A stretch of DNA of 64,000 nucleotides, taken from assembly GCA_965227515.1 (NCBI GenBank), contig CBDDFZ010000001.1:3200001-3264000 (forward strand). Reading direction: 5' to 3'. The translations under genes and the position numbers were made by a program. The notes beneath the pieces are model-generated. The model did not search any database. It saw nothing but the letters and a program-made list of their open reading frames with translations, and had not been told where the DNA came from. Of the stretch, positions 42,395 through 51,855 are shown in pieces. How positions within the stretch are numbered: the stretch's first letter is position 1; each line of letters begins with the position of its first letter. This stretch comes from Alphaproteobacteria bacterium (GTDB lineage: Bacteria > Pseudomonadota > Alphaproteobacteria > CALKHQ01).

Positions 42395-43087
42395 ATGAGC
42401 ACGCAACCGAAATGGGCCGAACCGGCCGATCCTCCCGCCCCAGCCGCCCCTGCTGCTGCCGCAGGCGAAACCGCGGCACTCGGCGACCTTCGGTTTCGCG
42501 CGCTTCTGGATGACGAGGGCTGGGCAAACCTGGCGCCGGAAGTGCGGGCGCGGTTCGCACGCAAGGCCGGCCCCGGCCAGTCCATCGTATTCAGCGGCCA
42601 GGTGACCGAATGGCACGCGACCAGGGTCGGACGCCTGCTCGCCTGGGCCTGCTGTGCCATCGGCGGGCCACTGCCGATCCGCTGCGTGGAAGGTGGCGCC
42701 AGCGTCGTCACCATCACCGAAGACCCACGTGGCGGCGGCCAGACCTGGACCCGCATGTACGCGCGGCGCACCGGTTTTCCGCAGGTGATCCACTCCTCCA
42801 AGCGTTTCGCCGGTCCCACCGGGCTGGAGGAGCACGTTGGGCGCGGCGTCGGCATGACCCTGGACGTGGCGGCCGAGGACGGCGGCATCGCGTTCCGCAG
42901 CGTGCGCTACTTCATGCAAGTGCTTGGGCGGCGCTGCTACCTGCCAAGCTGGCTTTCGCCGGGCGCGCTGACAGTGCGCCACGACCCCATCGATGCCACG
43001 CATTTTGAATTCTCGCTCACTATCGACCATCCGCGCCTGGGGTGCATCCTCAGCCAGACGGTCGTGTTTCGGGAGACGGGCCAATGA
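42395..43087 (+). CDS. DUF4166 domain protein
   Basis: QTWTRMY, GLEEHVG, LPSWLSPG, HPRLG..Q..F. Confidence 0.75.
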   Translation: MSTQPKWAEPADPPAPAAPAAAAGETAALGDLRFRALLDDEGWANLAPEVRARFARKAGPGQSIVFSGQVTEWHATRVGRLLAWACCAIGGPLPIRCVEGGASVVTITEDPRGGGQTWTRMYARRTGFPQVIHSSKRFAGPTGLEEHVGRGVGMTLDVAAEDGGIAFRSVRYFMQVLGRRCYLPSWLSPGALTVRHDPIDATHFEFSLTIDHPRLGCILSQTVVFRETGQ

Positions 43088-44706
43088 TCTCCGATCTCAT
43101 CTGGGCGCTGGTTGCGGTGCAGATGGCGCTGGGGCTGTTCGACACCCTCTATCATCACGAATTGACCGAGCGGCTGGCCTGGCGGCCGACCCAGGCGCGC
43201 GAACTGCGCCTGCATGCGGTGCGCAATTGGCTCTATGCCGTGCTGTTCGCGACCCTGGGCTGGCTGGTGCCGACCGGCGCCGTCGCCTGGGCGGTGATCG
43301 CGATTCTGGCGGTCGAGGTCGTGATCACGCTGTGGGACTTCGTGGAGGAGGACCTGAGCCGCAAGCTGCCTGCCACCGAGCGGGTCGCCCACACCCTGCT
43401 GGCGCTGAACTACGGCGCGATCCTGGTGCTGCTGGCGCCGGTGCTGATCGGCTGGGCGGCCCAACCGACAGGGCTTGCGACGGCGGACCATGGCACCTGG
43501 TCGTGGCTGTGCAGCATAGCGGCGGCCGGCACGCTGGTCTTCGGCCTGCGCGACTGGACCGCCGCCCTCCGTGCCCCCCACCTGCGCGAGGCGCCGGCTG
43601 GTGGCCTGCTCCCGTCGCTGGGTGGCCGGCGGACCGTGCTGGTGACCGGCGCCACTGGCTTTATTGGCCGGCGGTTGGTTGCAGCCCTGGTGGCCGACGG
43701 TCACGCGGTGATCGCGCTGGTGCGCAACCCCGAGAAGGCGGCAGCCCTGCCGATGCCGATCACGCTCGTCGACGACCTCGACCGGATCGACCCGGCAACG
43801 CCCATCGACGCCATCGTCAACCTGGCCGGCGAGCCCATCGCCAACTTCTGGTGGACCAGGGCCAAGCGGCAACGGATCGTCGCCTCTCGCGTTGAGACCA
43901 CGCGCGCTGTGGTGGCGCTTGCGGGGCGGCTGGCGACGCCGCCAAAGGTGCTGGTCAATGGCTCGGCCATCGGCTGGTACGGCGCGCGCGACGGTGCCGA
44001 GACGCAGGATGAGACGTCAGGTCCCGCGCCCTGCTTCACCCACGATGTCTGCGCCGCCTGGGAGGCTGAGGCCGCGCGCGCCGAGGCTCTTGGCGTCCGT
44101 GTGGTGTGCCTGCGCATCGGGCTGGTGCTCGGCCAGGGCGGCGGCATGCTGAGCCAGATGCTGACGCCGTTCGAGTTCGGCCTGGGCGGGCCGATGGGCG
44201 ATGGCCGTCAGGTCATGTCCTGGATCGCCCGCGACGATCTGGTCGGCCTGATCGGCCACGCCATCGCGACGAAAGACCTTTCCGGCCCGGTCAACGCGAC
44301 CGCGCCAGAGCCTGTCACCAACCGGGCGTTCTCGCGCGCCCTGGGTCGCGCCCTCCACCGCCCTGCCCTGCTGCCGGTGCCCGCCTTCGTGCTGCGCCGG
44401 CTGGCGGGCCAACTGGCGGAGGAGTTGCTGCTCGGCGGCCAGCGCGTGCTACCGGCCAAAGCGCTGGCCTCAGGCTACCGCTTCCGCCACGCCACTATCG
44501 ATAGCGCATTGGCGGATGTCGTTGGAAGCAAGCAACGACGCGCGTTCAAGGATGCCACGCTTGTGGGGGGCGGTGCGCCGCGGCGACGCACCACCGCCAA
44601 TGGCGCCTACTCGAACAGGCTGCTGCCGCCCTCGGCTTCGTCCTCTGCGCCGCCGTCGCTCGCGACGTCGCCCAACGTCCCCTCACCCACCGCGTCGGAG
44701 AAGTAG
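43084..44706 (+). CDS. membrane domain fused to a TIGR01777 (YfcH-like) epimerase/oxidoreductase
   Basis: N-terminal TMs with FDTLYHHE and EEDLSRKLP; TGATGFIG, NLAGEPI, GSAIGWYG, WE, LRIG, SWI, NATAP. Confidence 0.85.
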   Translation: MISDLIWALVAVQMALGLFDTLYHHELTERLAWRPTQARELRLHAVRNWLYAVLFATLGWLVPTGAVAWAVIAILAVEVVITLWDFVEEDLSRKLPATERVAHTLLALNYGAILVLLAPVLIGWAAQPTGLATADHGTWSWLCSIAAAGTLVFGLRDWTAALRAPHLREAPAGGLLPSLGGRRTVLVTGATGFIGRRLVAALVADGHAVIALVRNPEKAAALPMPITLVDDLDRIDPATPIDAIVNLAGEPIANFWWTRAKRQRIVASRVETTRAVVALAGRLATPPKVLVNGSAIGWYGARDGAETQDETSGPAPCFTHDVCAAWEAEAARAEALGVRVVCLRIGLVLGQGGGMLSQMLTPFEFGLGGPMGDGRQVMSWIARDDLVGLIGHAIATKDLSGPVNATAPEPVTNRAFSRALGRALHRPALLPVPAFVLRRLAGQLAEELLLGGQRVLPAKALASGYRFRHATIDSALADVVGSKQRRAFKDATLVGGGAPRRRTTANGAYSNRLLPPSASSSAPPSLATSPNVPSPTASEK

Positions 44707-45656
44707 TACAGCGTGTAGGTGCCCGGCGTGCCGTCGGTCAGGAAGTAGAACGACTTGTCGAACGGGTCGCCGACGATGTCGCCGGAGATCGAGTTGGAGG
44801 TGCTGCGGGTCAGCACGCCCTCGCCAAGCTCCTGGCCGACCGGGATTGTCGGCAGGCCGTTGGGGCCCACGAGCTGGATCGAGTTCGTGTAGAACGAGAA
44901 GCCCTCGTAGCTGGAGCCAATCGAGTTGTACATGAGCGGCGTGATGTTGAAATCCACCCGCACCATCTGGCCGGCGCTGGGGTTCACCGTGCCCGCCACC
45001 GGCTGGCGGTAGTAGCTGTGGGCGGTCACGATGCCGTCGACCGGCGTAATGCCGGTGACCTCGAAGTCGGCGGTGTCGCCGGGCATCAACGGTTGGCTTG
45101 CGTCCTGCGGGATGTCGATCTCGACCGCATACAGCTCACCGAAGGTCAGGGTCGCGGTGGTGGCGTCGGCGGGCACCGACCAGATGTGCTCCATGAACAC
45201 GTGCTCGTCGTCCTCGGCCTCGTGGTCGGGCCAGTCGCGCGGACGCGATGCGGACAACGAGCGGGTGCCGGTCTCGAACACGCCATAGCGCTCCAGGAAC
45301 CCGATCATGGTGATCGGCTCTTCCAAGCCGTCGATGGTCAGCGTCAGGTCGGTGTAGGAGACGGAAACGCGGTCCATGTCCTCCGACCACGGCACGTCGA
45401 TCTCGGCGGAGATGTGCAACAGCACCTGGTCAGGATTGGACACCACATGCGGGAAACAACACGGCAGGCCCACGTCTTCCTCGGTGTTGATCAGGCTGTC
45501 GTAGCGCATGATTTCGAGTGATACGAACGGCCAGGGCTCTTGCGCCTGGGCCAGCGCACCGCCGGCCTGAAGCGTAACAAGGGCGGCGGCGGCAGTCGCA
45601 CCGGCCAACGGGAAAGGTCGAGGAAGGGTCACGTTATCACTCCATAAAGGCATCAA
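44607..45656 (-). CDS. secreted acidic hypothetical protein
   Basis: Signal peptide (..GALAQ) and strong GC3 codon bias; start uncertain. Confidence 0.7.
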   Translation of the reverse strand: MMPLWSDNVTLPRPFPLAGATAAAALVTLQAGGALAQAQEPWPFVSLEIMRYDSLINTEEDVGLPCCFPHVVSNPDQVLLHISAEIDVPWSEDMDRVSVSYTDLTLTIDGLEEPITMIGFLERYGVFETGTRSLSASRPRDWPDHEAEDDEHVFMEHIWSVPADATTATLTFGELYAVEIDIPQDASQPLMPGDTADFEVTGITPVDGIVTAHSYYRQPVAGTVNPSAGQMVRVDFNITPLMYNSIGSSYEGFSFYTNSIQLVGPNGLPTIPVGQELGEGVLTRSTSNSISGDIVGDPFDKSFYFLTDGTPGTYTLYYFSDAVGEGTLGDVASDGGAEDEAEGGSSLFE

Positions 45657-45777
45657 ACAGGGCCCCCGGATACCATGGACCGAAGTGTCAAAGAAGCAGC
45701 AATGCCGCGAAAACAGCCAAGTGCATTCGAATTGAACTTGGTGCCGGGAAACCCGGTGTCACGCGGCCACGGTGCGA

Positions 45778-47556
45778 TCAGCCGGTGCCCTGCTGGCGGC
45801 TGAACTTCACCACCATCATCCGCCCGACCACGGTGAATGCGACCAGGGCGACGATCAGCAGCACGCCGAGTGCGGTCGCCTTGCCGGGATAGCCGTCGTC
45901 CCAGGCATGCCACAGCTCGACCGACAGCACCCGGTTGTCATGGCTGGACAGCAGGACGGGGATCGAGAAGTTGCGCAGCCCGTGCGCGGCGACCCAGATC
46001 CAGCCCGAGATGAACGATGGCAGCAGCAGCGGCAGCACGATCTTGCGCATCACGGTCGCCCACTTGGCGCCGCTGGTTCGCCCCGCCTCCTCCATCTCGA
46101 CATGGAGCTGCGCCACGGCACCGTTCATGGTGCGGGTGCCGAAGGCGAGGTAGTGGATGGTCAGGCCCAGCACGATGATCCAGATCGTGCCGTAGAGCTG
46201 CAGGTCGATCAGCCCTGGCAGGCTGAACACCAGCAGGATCGAAATACCGACGATCACGCCCGGAATGGCGTTCGGGAGGAACATGATGCCGTCGACCACG
46301 CCGCGGCCGGGGAAGCGCATCCGCTGGATGCCCCATGAGACCACCAGCGCCAGCAGCATGGTCACCGTGCCGGCGACGGCCGCGACGACCAGCGTGTTCA
46401 GCGTCGTCGACCAGATGTCCGGGTCGTTGAAAATCTCCTGGTAGTTGCGCAGGGTCGAGTTCATCAGCCGGTCCCAGGTCGGCACCCGGTAGAGCGGCTG
46501 GAACGAGGTCCACAGCAGGATCAGGCACGGCGCCACGATGGTCAGCAGGGTGTAGAGCACCACGACCGCGAAACACGGATAGCGCCACTTGCCGAGCTTG
46601 ATGATGCGCGGGCGGTAGCCCTTGCCGGTGATGGTGACGTAGCGGCCGAGCTTGCCGGCCTGGCGCCGGTACCACCAGACCAGCACGATCGACAGGATCA
46701 GGAAGGTGGCGCCCAACGCTGCCGAGATGCCGTATTCCGGCGGCGAGGCGCGCTGGGTGGAGAAGAAGATGTACGACGAGAACACATAGACGTTGCCCGG
46801 CAGGCCGATGACCAGCGGCACCTCCAGCGATTCCAGGCTGGTCATGAACGAATAGATGCCGCCGGCCAGGATGGCCGGGGACAGCAGCGGCAGCAGGATG
46901 CGGAAGAAGGTGCGGGTGTTGCTGGCGCCGGAGATGCGGGCCGCCTCCTCCAGGTTCGGGTCCATGGTGCGGAAGGCGCCGACGATGATCAGGAACACCG
47001 TGGTCACGCCCCGCAGCCCGTCGAGGAAGATCATGCCCCCCATGGTGCGGATATCGAACGGGCCGGTCGTCATCTCGATCCCGAATACGCCCGCGACGTC
47101 GCGGATCAGCACGTTGATCAGGCCGATGCGCGGCTGCAGCAGGAAAATCCACGAGATCGCGTAGAGGATGCCCGGAATGGCGATCGGCACCAGCAGCAGC
47201 ATCCACGCCACGTTGCGGAACGGCATGTCCGTGCGCTCGGTCAGGAACGCGAAGAACACCGCCAGGCTGACCGAGATGACCGTGCCGCTGACCGCCAGGA
47301 TCAGCGTGTTGCCCAGCATGCGGTAGGTCAGGGCCTGGGAATAGGCGCCGGTGTAGTTACCGAGAGTGAAGTCGCCGGGGTTCCAGGGGGTGCCTTGCCG
47401 GAAGCTGAAGATCAGCAGCACGGCCAGCGGCACCAGCACCATCAGCACCGACACGGCGATGATGAAGCCGGGCAGAAGGTTGCCGGATCCGCTGAAGACG
47501 TACCGGCGCCAACCGCCGGTCGCTGGATGCGTCATTGTCACGGGCGCACCCGCCAC
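45778..47556 (-). CDS. FbpB/ThiP-type ABC permease (two fused TM domains)
   Basis: Two EAA loops (LEEAARISGAS, MEEAGRTSGA); ERTDMP. Confidence 0.9.
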   Translation of the reverse strand: MAGAPVTMTHPATGGWRRYVFSGSGNLLPGFIIAVSVLMVLVPLAVLLIFSFRQGTPWNPGDFTLGNYTGAYSQALTYRMLGNTLILAVSGTVISVSLAVFFAFLTERTDMPFRNVAWMLLLVPIAIPGILYAISWIFLLQPRIGLINVLIRDVAGVFGIEMTTGPFDIRTMGGMIFLDGLRGVTTVFLIIVGAFRTMDPNLEEAARISGASNTRTFFRILLPLLSPAILAGGIYSFMTSLESLEVPLVIGLPGNVYVFSSYIFFSTQRASPPEYGISAALGATFLILSIVLVWWYRRQAGKLGRYVTITGKGYRPRIIKLGKWRYPCFAVVVLYTLLTIVAPCLILLWTSFQPLYRVPTWDRLMNSTLRNYQEIFNDPDIWSTTLNTLVVAAVAGTVTMLLALVVSWGIQRMRFPGRGVVDGIMFLPNAIPGVIVGISILLVFSLPGLIDLQLYGTIWIIVLGLTIHYLAFGTRTMNGAVAQLHVEMEEAGRTSGAKWATVMRKIVLPLLLPSFISGWIWVAAHGLRNFSIPVLLSSHDNRVLSVELWHAWDDGYPGKATALGVLLIVALVAFTVVGRMMVVKFSRQQGTG

Positions 47557-47586
47557 GTGGTTTGCTGCCGTCGGGCCGTGACCGGC

Positions 47587-47970
47587 CTACTCATCATTGT
47601 CGTAGTAGTGGATTTCCAGCAGCAGGCAGCCCTTCTCGGACTTGAAGGGGCCGTGGTGCACACCCGGCGGGCGGCAGGCATAGGTGTTGGGGTCGAAGCT
47701 CTCGCCGCCCCGTCCCTGGTCGTCATTGCCGACGATCAGGTCTCCCGACACCAGATAGACCTCTTCCCAATAGTCATGCACGAAGGGCGCGGTGGTGAAG
47801 GCGCCCGGCTGAAACCTGAGCAGGCGCGTGCGGGTGCCCGATTTGGCCTGCTCGTCGAGCGCTCCGGTCAGGATCTTCTGCTCCAGCCCATCGGGATAGC
47901 CGGGCGGCGTCTCCCAGCCGACGGCCAGGTCGACCGGATGGAACTCCAAATGGTCCTTGTTGATCGTCAT
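47587..47970 (-). CDS. ChrR-like cupin protein
   Basis: HDYWEEVY...RPPGVHHGPF. Confidence 0.85.
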   Translation of the reverse strand: MTINKDHLEFHPVDLAVGWETPPGYPDGLEQKILTGALDEQAKSGTRTRLLRFQPGAFTTAPFVHDYWEEVYLVSGDLIVGNDDQGRGGESFDPNTYACRPPGVHHGPFKSEKGCLLLEIHYYDNDE

Positions 47971-47994
47971 GCGTCGCCCCCGTATGGCCTGCAA

Positions 47995-49488
47995 TCAGGC
48001 CGCAACCCCTTTGGCCTTGGCCGTGCTCGTCTCGTCCTTCAGCGTCCCTTCCAGGTCGTAGCCGGCCAGGAAGTCGTCCAGCATCGCCTTCGACCGCTCC
48101 CAATCGAAGCAGCGGAAGGCGTGCCCCTTGGTCACGAACGCGGCGCCGGCATAGAACATCTCGTACTGCAGGTGGCGCGAGGCGAACTCCGACCCGACGG
48201 CGTCCCACGCCAGGCGGTAGAACTTCACCTTGTCCTCGGCATCGGCGGCCGGCGATTGCTGGGTCTTCTCGATCAGCGCGGCCAGCTCCGGATTGGCGAA
48301 GTCGCGCGCGGAAGACGGCTGCATGATCATGCCGCCGCCGGCCAGTTCGCGGATGGCGGTGGTGAACTTGGGATAGAGCTGCTGGGTCAGCACCTGCGCG
48401 GTGTAGAGCGTGTGCTTGTCCGGAATGAAATAGGCGCCGACCTGGCTGCCCTTCGCCTCCATGCCGGCGACCAGCCCCTCCACCATGCCGACCTCCGCGG
48501 AGATCTGGCCGAGCATCTCGCGGACCTGCGGGAACCCCATGGTGCCGTTGATCTCGGCGATGCGGTGGGCGATGCCGGCCAGGAAGCGCAGCTTCACCAT
48601 CAGGCGAATTTGCGCCTGGTAGTTCTGGTAGACGTGCGCCGGCGTGGCGTGGAACTGAGCCATGCAGCGCTTCACGTCGTTGGCGACGAAGACCCGGTCC
48701 CACGGCACGTGTACGTCGTCGAAATAGAGCACCGCGTCGTTCTCGTCGTAGCGGGACGACAATGGGCTGTCGAACACGTTGTCGGCGCCCGCCTCATACG
48801 ACTTGCGCGACAGGATTTTCAGCCCGCGCACGTTCATCGGCACCGCGAACGAGACCGCGTAGCGCTCCTCGCCTTCCTTCAGCGGCTGGATCGTGGTGAC
48901 CAGCACCTCGTTGGCCATGATGCCGGCGGTCGACAGCATCTTGGCGCCGCGCACGGTAATACCCTCGGCATCCTCGTCGACGATGCCGGCCACGAAATCC
49001 TCGGTCTGCTGGTCGCCGGCGGAGCCCGCGCGGTTGGCCTGCGGGTTGATGATCACATAGGTGAGGTAGAGGTCGTTGTCGCGGGCGAAGCGGTAATAGT
49101 CGGTCAGCGCCCTGCCGCGCTCGTCGCCGAACACCTCTGGCGCCATCGCCATGCCGGTGATGCACGACGCCACGTGATCGGGCGAGCGCCCCAGGAAGCC
49201 GGCATGCAACGACGACCACCGCTCCAGCGCCTCGCGGCGCGACACCAGTTCCCGATAATCGGCGGGCATCTGCCACATGCGGTTGGCCGGGCCGTCGCCG
49301 TCGGCCGGGGTCCAGGTCAAGAGCTTGCCCAGCGCCGGATCGTGCTGGGCGTCGTACAGCCCGCATACCGAGGCAATGGCATTCTTGAAGGCCGGGTCGG
49401 TGGTGACGTCCCTGACCAGCCCACCGTCGATATAGACCTTCCGTCCATCGCGGAGCGAAGCCAGGTGTTGCGCGCCGGTCTTGATCAC
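47995..49488 (-). CDS. 4-hydroxyphenylacetate 3-hydroxylase (HpaB)-family flavin monooxygenase oxygenase component
   Basis: TG..HLASLRDGR.VY, GRSPDH, VRGAK, YDENDA...VPWDRVF, SEFASRH..YE.FY.G. Confidence 0.9.
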   Translation of the reverse strand: MIKTGAQHLASLRDGRKVYIDGGLVRDVTTDPAFKNAIASVCGLYDAQHDPALGKLLTWTPADGDGPANRMWQMPADYRELVSRREALERWSSLHAGFLGRSPDHVASCITGMAMAPEVFGDERGRALTDYYRFARDNDLYLTYVIINPQANRAGSAGDQQTEDFVAGIVDEDAEGITVRGAKMLSTAGIMANEVLVTTIQPLKEGEERYAVSFAVPMNVRGLKILSRKSYEAGADNVFDSPLSSRYDENDAVLYFDDVHVPWDRVFVANDVKRCMAQFHATPAHVYQNYQAQIRLMVKLRFLAGIAHRIAEINGTMGFPQVREMLGQISAEVGMVEGLVAGMEAKGSQVGAYFIPDKHTLYTAQVLTQQLYPKFTTAIRELAGGGMIMQPSSARDFANPELAALIEKTQQSPAADAEDKVKFYRLAWDAVGSEFASRHLQYEMFYAGAAFVTKGHAFRCFDWERSKAMLDDFLAGYDLEGTLKDETSTAKAKGVAA

Positions 49489-49506
49489 GGCCGTGTCTCC
49501 CCTGCC

Positions 49507-50085
49507 CTATTTTTGATCCCGGATTGCCGCCGCCGGGTTGGCAACGCCGCCGGCCAGGTAGTCGACCAGCGCCACCGCCTCGTCACCGGAGCTGATCAGC
49601 TTGCCCATAAGGGCGCTCAGCTCCTGGAACATCTCGCGGTCCAGCGGGCGGAACAGCAGATCGTTCACCTCGCTCTGCGCCGGCGCCAGTTCCGCCAGCA
49701 GCGCCATGCCCTTTTCCGTTACGCGCAGGCGCACCCGGCGCCGATCCTCGGGATCGGGCTGCTTCTCCACCAGGCCAAGCTTGACCAGCTGCCCGCTGAC
49801 CAGGGTGACGAACGACCCGGTCAACCCCAGATCCTCGGCAATGCGGGTCACGCCCACCCGCTCGCCGTCTTGCAGGTGCGCGATCGAAATCAGCGTCGTG
49901 TACTGGATGCCGGTCAGCCCGATGATGGAGCCGAAACCGGAACGCACCGCCTCCAGCCGTGCCGAGAACGCCAGCAGGCGATGCACGAAGGTTCGAAAGG
50001 CCTGGTCGGACCCGTCGACGAGCAGCGCCGGCGACGTTACGGTGGTCTGCGCCGCGGTCGGGGTGGATTTCTGGTCTTTGGTCAA
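49507..50085 (-). CDS. MarR family regulator
   Basis: wHTH: IAEDL...LVKLGLVEK.PDPEDRRRVRL; start uncertain. Confidence 0.85.
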   Translation of the reverse strand: MTKDQKSTPTAAQTTVTSPALLVDGSDQAFRTFVHRLLAFSARLEAVRSGFGSIIGLTGIQYTTLISIAHLQDGERVGVTRIAEDLGLTGSFVTLVSGQLVKLGLVEKQPDPEDRRRVRLRVTEKGMALLAELAPAQSEVNDLLFRPLDREMFQELSALMGKLISSGDEAVALVDYLAGGVANPAAAIRDQK

Positions 50086-50276
50086 GGGGCTGATCCGGTT
50101 TGGTTTTCGTTGGCATGCGCAGCGATCGAAGCGTGCGAGCATTGCGAATGCCTGCTCAAATTAGCTTTGAGACTTCGCAAAGTTCTAAAGGTATCTTATC
50201 CTGGCTGTCAACGGTCAGCGCCACCTGGCGCCGCTGATCGAACCCGGTTCAAACCGACATTACATGAGTGCACCCC

Positions 50277-50966
50277 ATGCAGAATCCGCCCCTAAGGTTC
50301 GTATGCATATCCGGCGACCGCGAGGAAGAGCGCACGGTCGCCATACACACGCTGATCATCGCCGGATGGACCGGGCGCGACCAGGCCAAGGTCGATGCCC
50401 ACATCGCCGAGTTGGCGGCACTGGGGGTGGCGCCGCCGGCAACCACGCCGTGCTACTACCGGGTCGCCGCGAACCAGCTCACCACCGCCGATGAGATCCA
50501 GACCGCCGGGCGTGCCGCCACCGGAGAGGCCGAGGCCGTGGTGATCGCCATGGACGATGGCATGTGGGTGGGTGTCGGCTCCGACCACACCGACCGCGAA
50601 CTTGAGGCGACCGGGGTCACGCTCTCGAAGCAGCTTTGTGCGAAGCCGGTCAGCCCGCAATTGTGGAAGCTGGACGATATCGCGGACCACTGGGACCGGA
50701 TTGCGCTCACCGCCGATGCCACGATTGGCGGTGCGGTGCGCCGCTATCAGGACGGCACGCTGGCGGCCATGCGCACGCCGGACGACCTGATCGCGCGCTA
50801 CGGCCAGGGCCCGCTGGCGCCGGGGACCGCGATGTTCTGCGGCACGCTGGCGGTGCAGGGCGAGATCACATTCGCCGACCGCTTCGCCGTCGCGCTGGAG
50901 GACCCGGTGCTCGGCCGGCGACTGGAACATGCCTACGATATCGAGGCCCTGCCGATTGCGGGGTGA
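50277..50966 (+). CDS. DUF2848 protein (FAH-like fold)
   Basis: IAGWTGRD..HIAEL...GEAE...GSDHTDRELE...SKQ.C.KP...YQDG...FCGT. Confidence 0.85.
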   Translation: MQNPPLRFVCISGDREEERTVAIHTLIIAGWTGRDQAKVDAHIAELAALGVAPPATTPCYYRVAANQLTTADEIQTAGRAATGEAEAVVIAMDDGMWVGVGSDHTDRELEATGVTLSKQLCAKPVSPQLWKLDDIADHWDRIALTADATIGGAVRRYQDGTLAAMRTPDDLIARYGQGPLAPGTAMFCGTLAVQGEITFADRFAVALEDPVLGRRLEHAYDIEALPIAG

Positions 50967-50999
50967 CGGCCGCGCGTCGCACCAGGGTGCCGCGGGCGA

Positions 51000-51827
51000 T
51001 TACCACACCCTTGGCAGTACCGTGGTGACACCCATATGGCGGCGGTCTTCGCCCTCGAAGCCGAAGCTCGCCACGTCCACCAGCACCAGCATGACCAACT
51101 CTTCGTAGCAGCAGGCCGCCTGCTCCGGCAGGCCCGGCGCGTACACGATCACGCTGTGGATGCGATAGCCGGTGGCGCACCCTCGGCTTTCGGGCAGCGT
51201 GGTGTCCTCCTGCAGGATCATGAGGCGGTCGTAGCCGTGGAAGTAGAGTTCCAGCGACATCATCGCCACCTGCCCCAGGTCTTGCGCGTCGCAGGCATGG
51301 CCTGTGATCGGGCGCTCGGTCACGGTCAGGGTCTGGCGGTCGCCGCCATAGGGTGAGAATGCTGCGTCGATGGCGAAGTCGACCACATGGTCAGGTGCCG
51401 TGAGGTCGCTCAACGGATGGTGGATCAGCGTCGTCCCGGTTTCGCCGGCGACGATGCCGTGGCGGTCTAGCAGCGGCTGCGCCGCGGCCATCGCGCGGTC
51501 GCGGGCCATGCCGACCTCATCCTCGACGGCGCTCCAGTCCTCGGCGTCATCGAAGTCCAGCTCGACCCGGATCGGAGAACCCGGCACCCAAGCGTTGGCC
51601 GCCACGTCGATCACATGGACGATCGAATAGGGCAGCCCCTCGTTGAAGGTGCCGTAGTCCTCGAACGCCACGTACCGGCCATCGAGGGAGAAGCCGATCA
51701 GGACCGGCCGGGCGATATCGCCGGCACCTGCCGCACCCGGCCACATGCCCAACGCGACAGCCGCAGCCACCAGCATCGCGGCCAGCCGGACGGCCGGCGT
51801 GCAAGAAGTTCTGTGGCGTTGCCGCAT
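51000..51827 (-). CDS. DUF2259-like secreted protein, paralog 1
   Basis: AGD..IGFS.DGRY.AFEDYG...LPESRGC..GYRI...GFEG.D.R. Confidence 0.8.
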   Translation of the reverse strand: MRQRHRTSCTPAVRLAAMLVAAAVALGMWPGAAGAGDIARPVLIGFSLDGRYVAFEDYGTFNEGLPYSIVHVIDVAANAWVPGSPIRVELDFDDAEDWSAVEDEVGMARDRAMAAAQPLLDRHGIVAGETGTTLIHHPLSDLTAPDHVVDFAIDAAFSPYGGDRQTLTVTERPITGHACDAQDLGQVAMMSLELYFHGYDRLMILQEDTTLPESRGCATGYRIHSVIVYAPGLPEQAACCYEELVMLVLVDVASFGFEGEDRRHMGVTTVLPRVW

Positions 51828-51855
51828 CGGGTCGCTCCTGATCTGTCCGGAACAG

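Noticed and set aside
47395-50295. 966-aa plus-strand ORF
   Set aside because: Shadow of the cupin, HpaB and MarR genes
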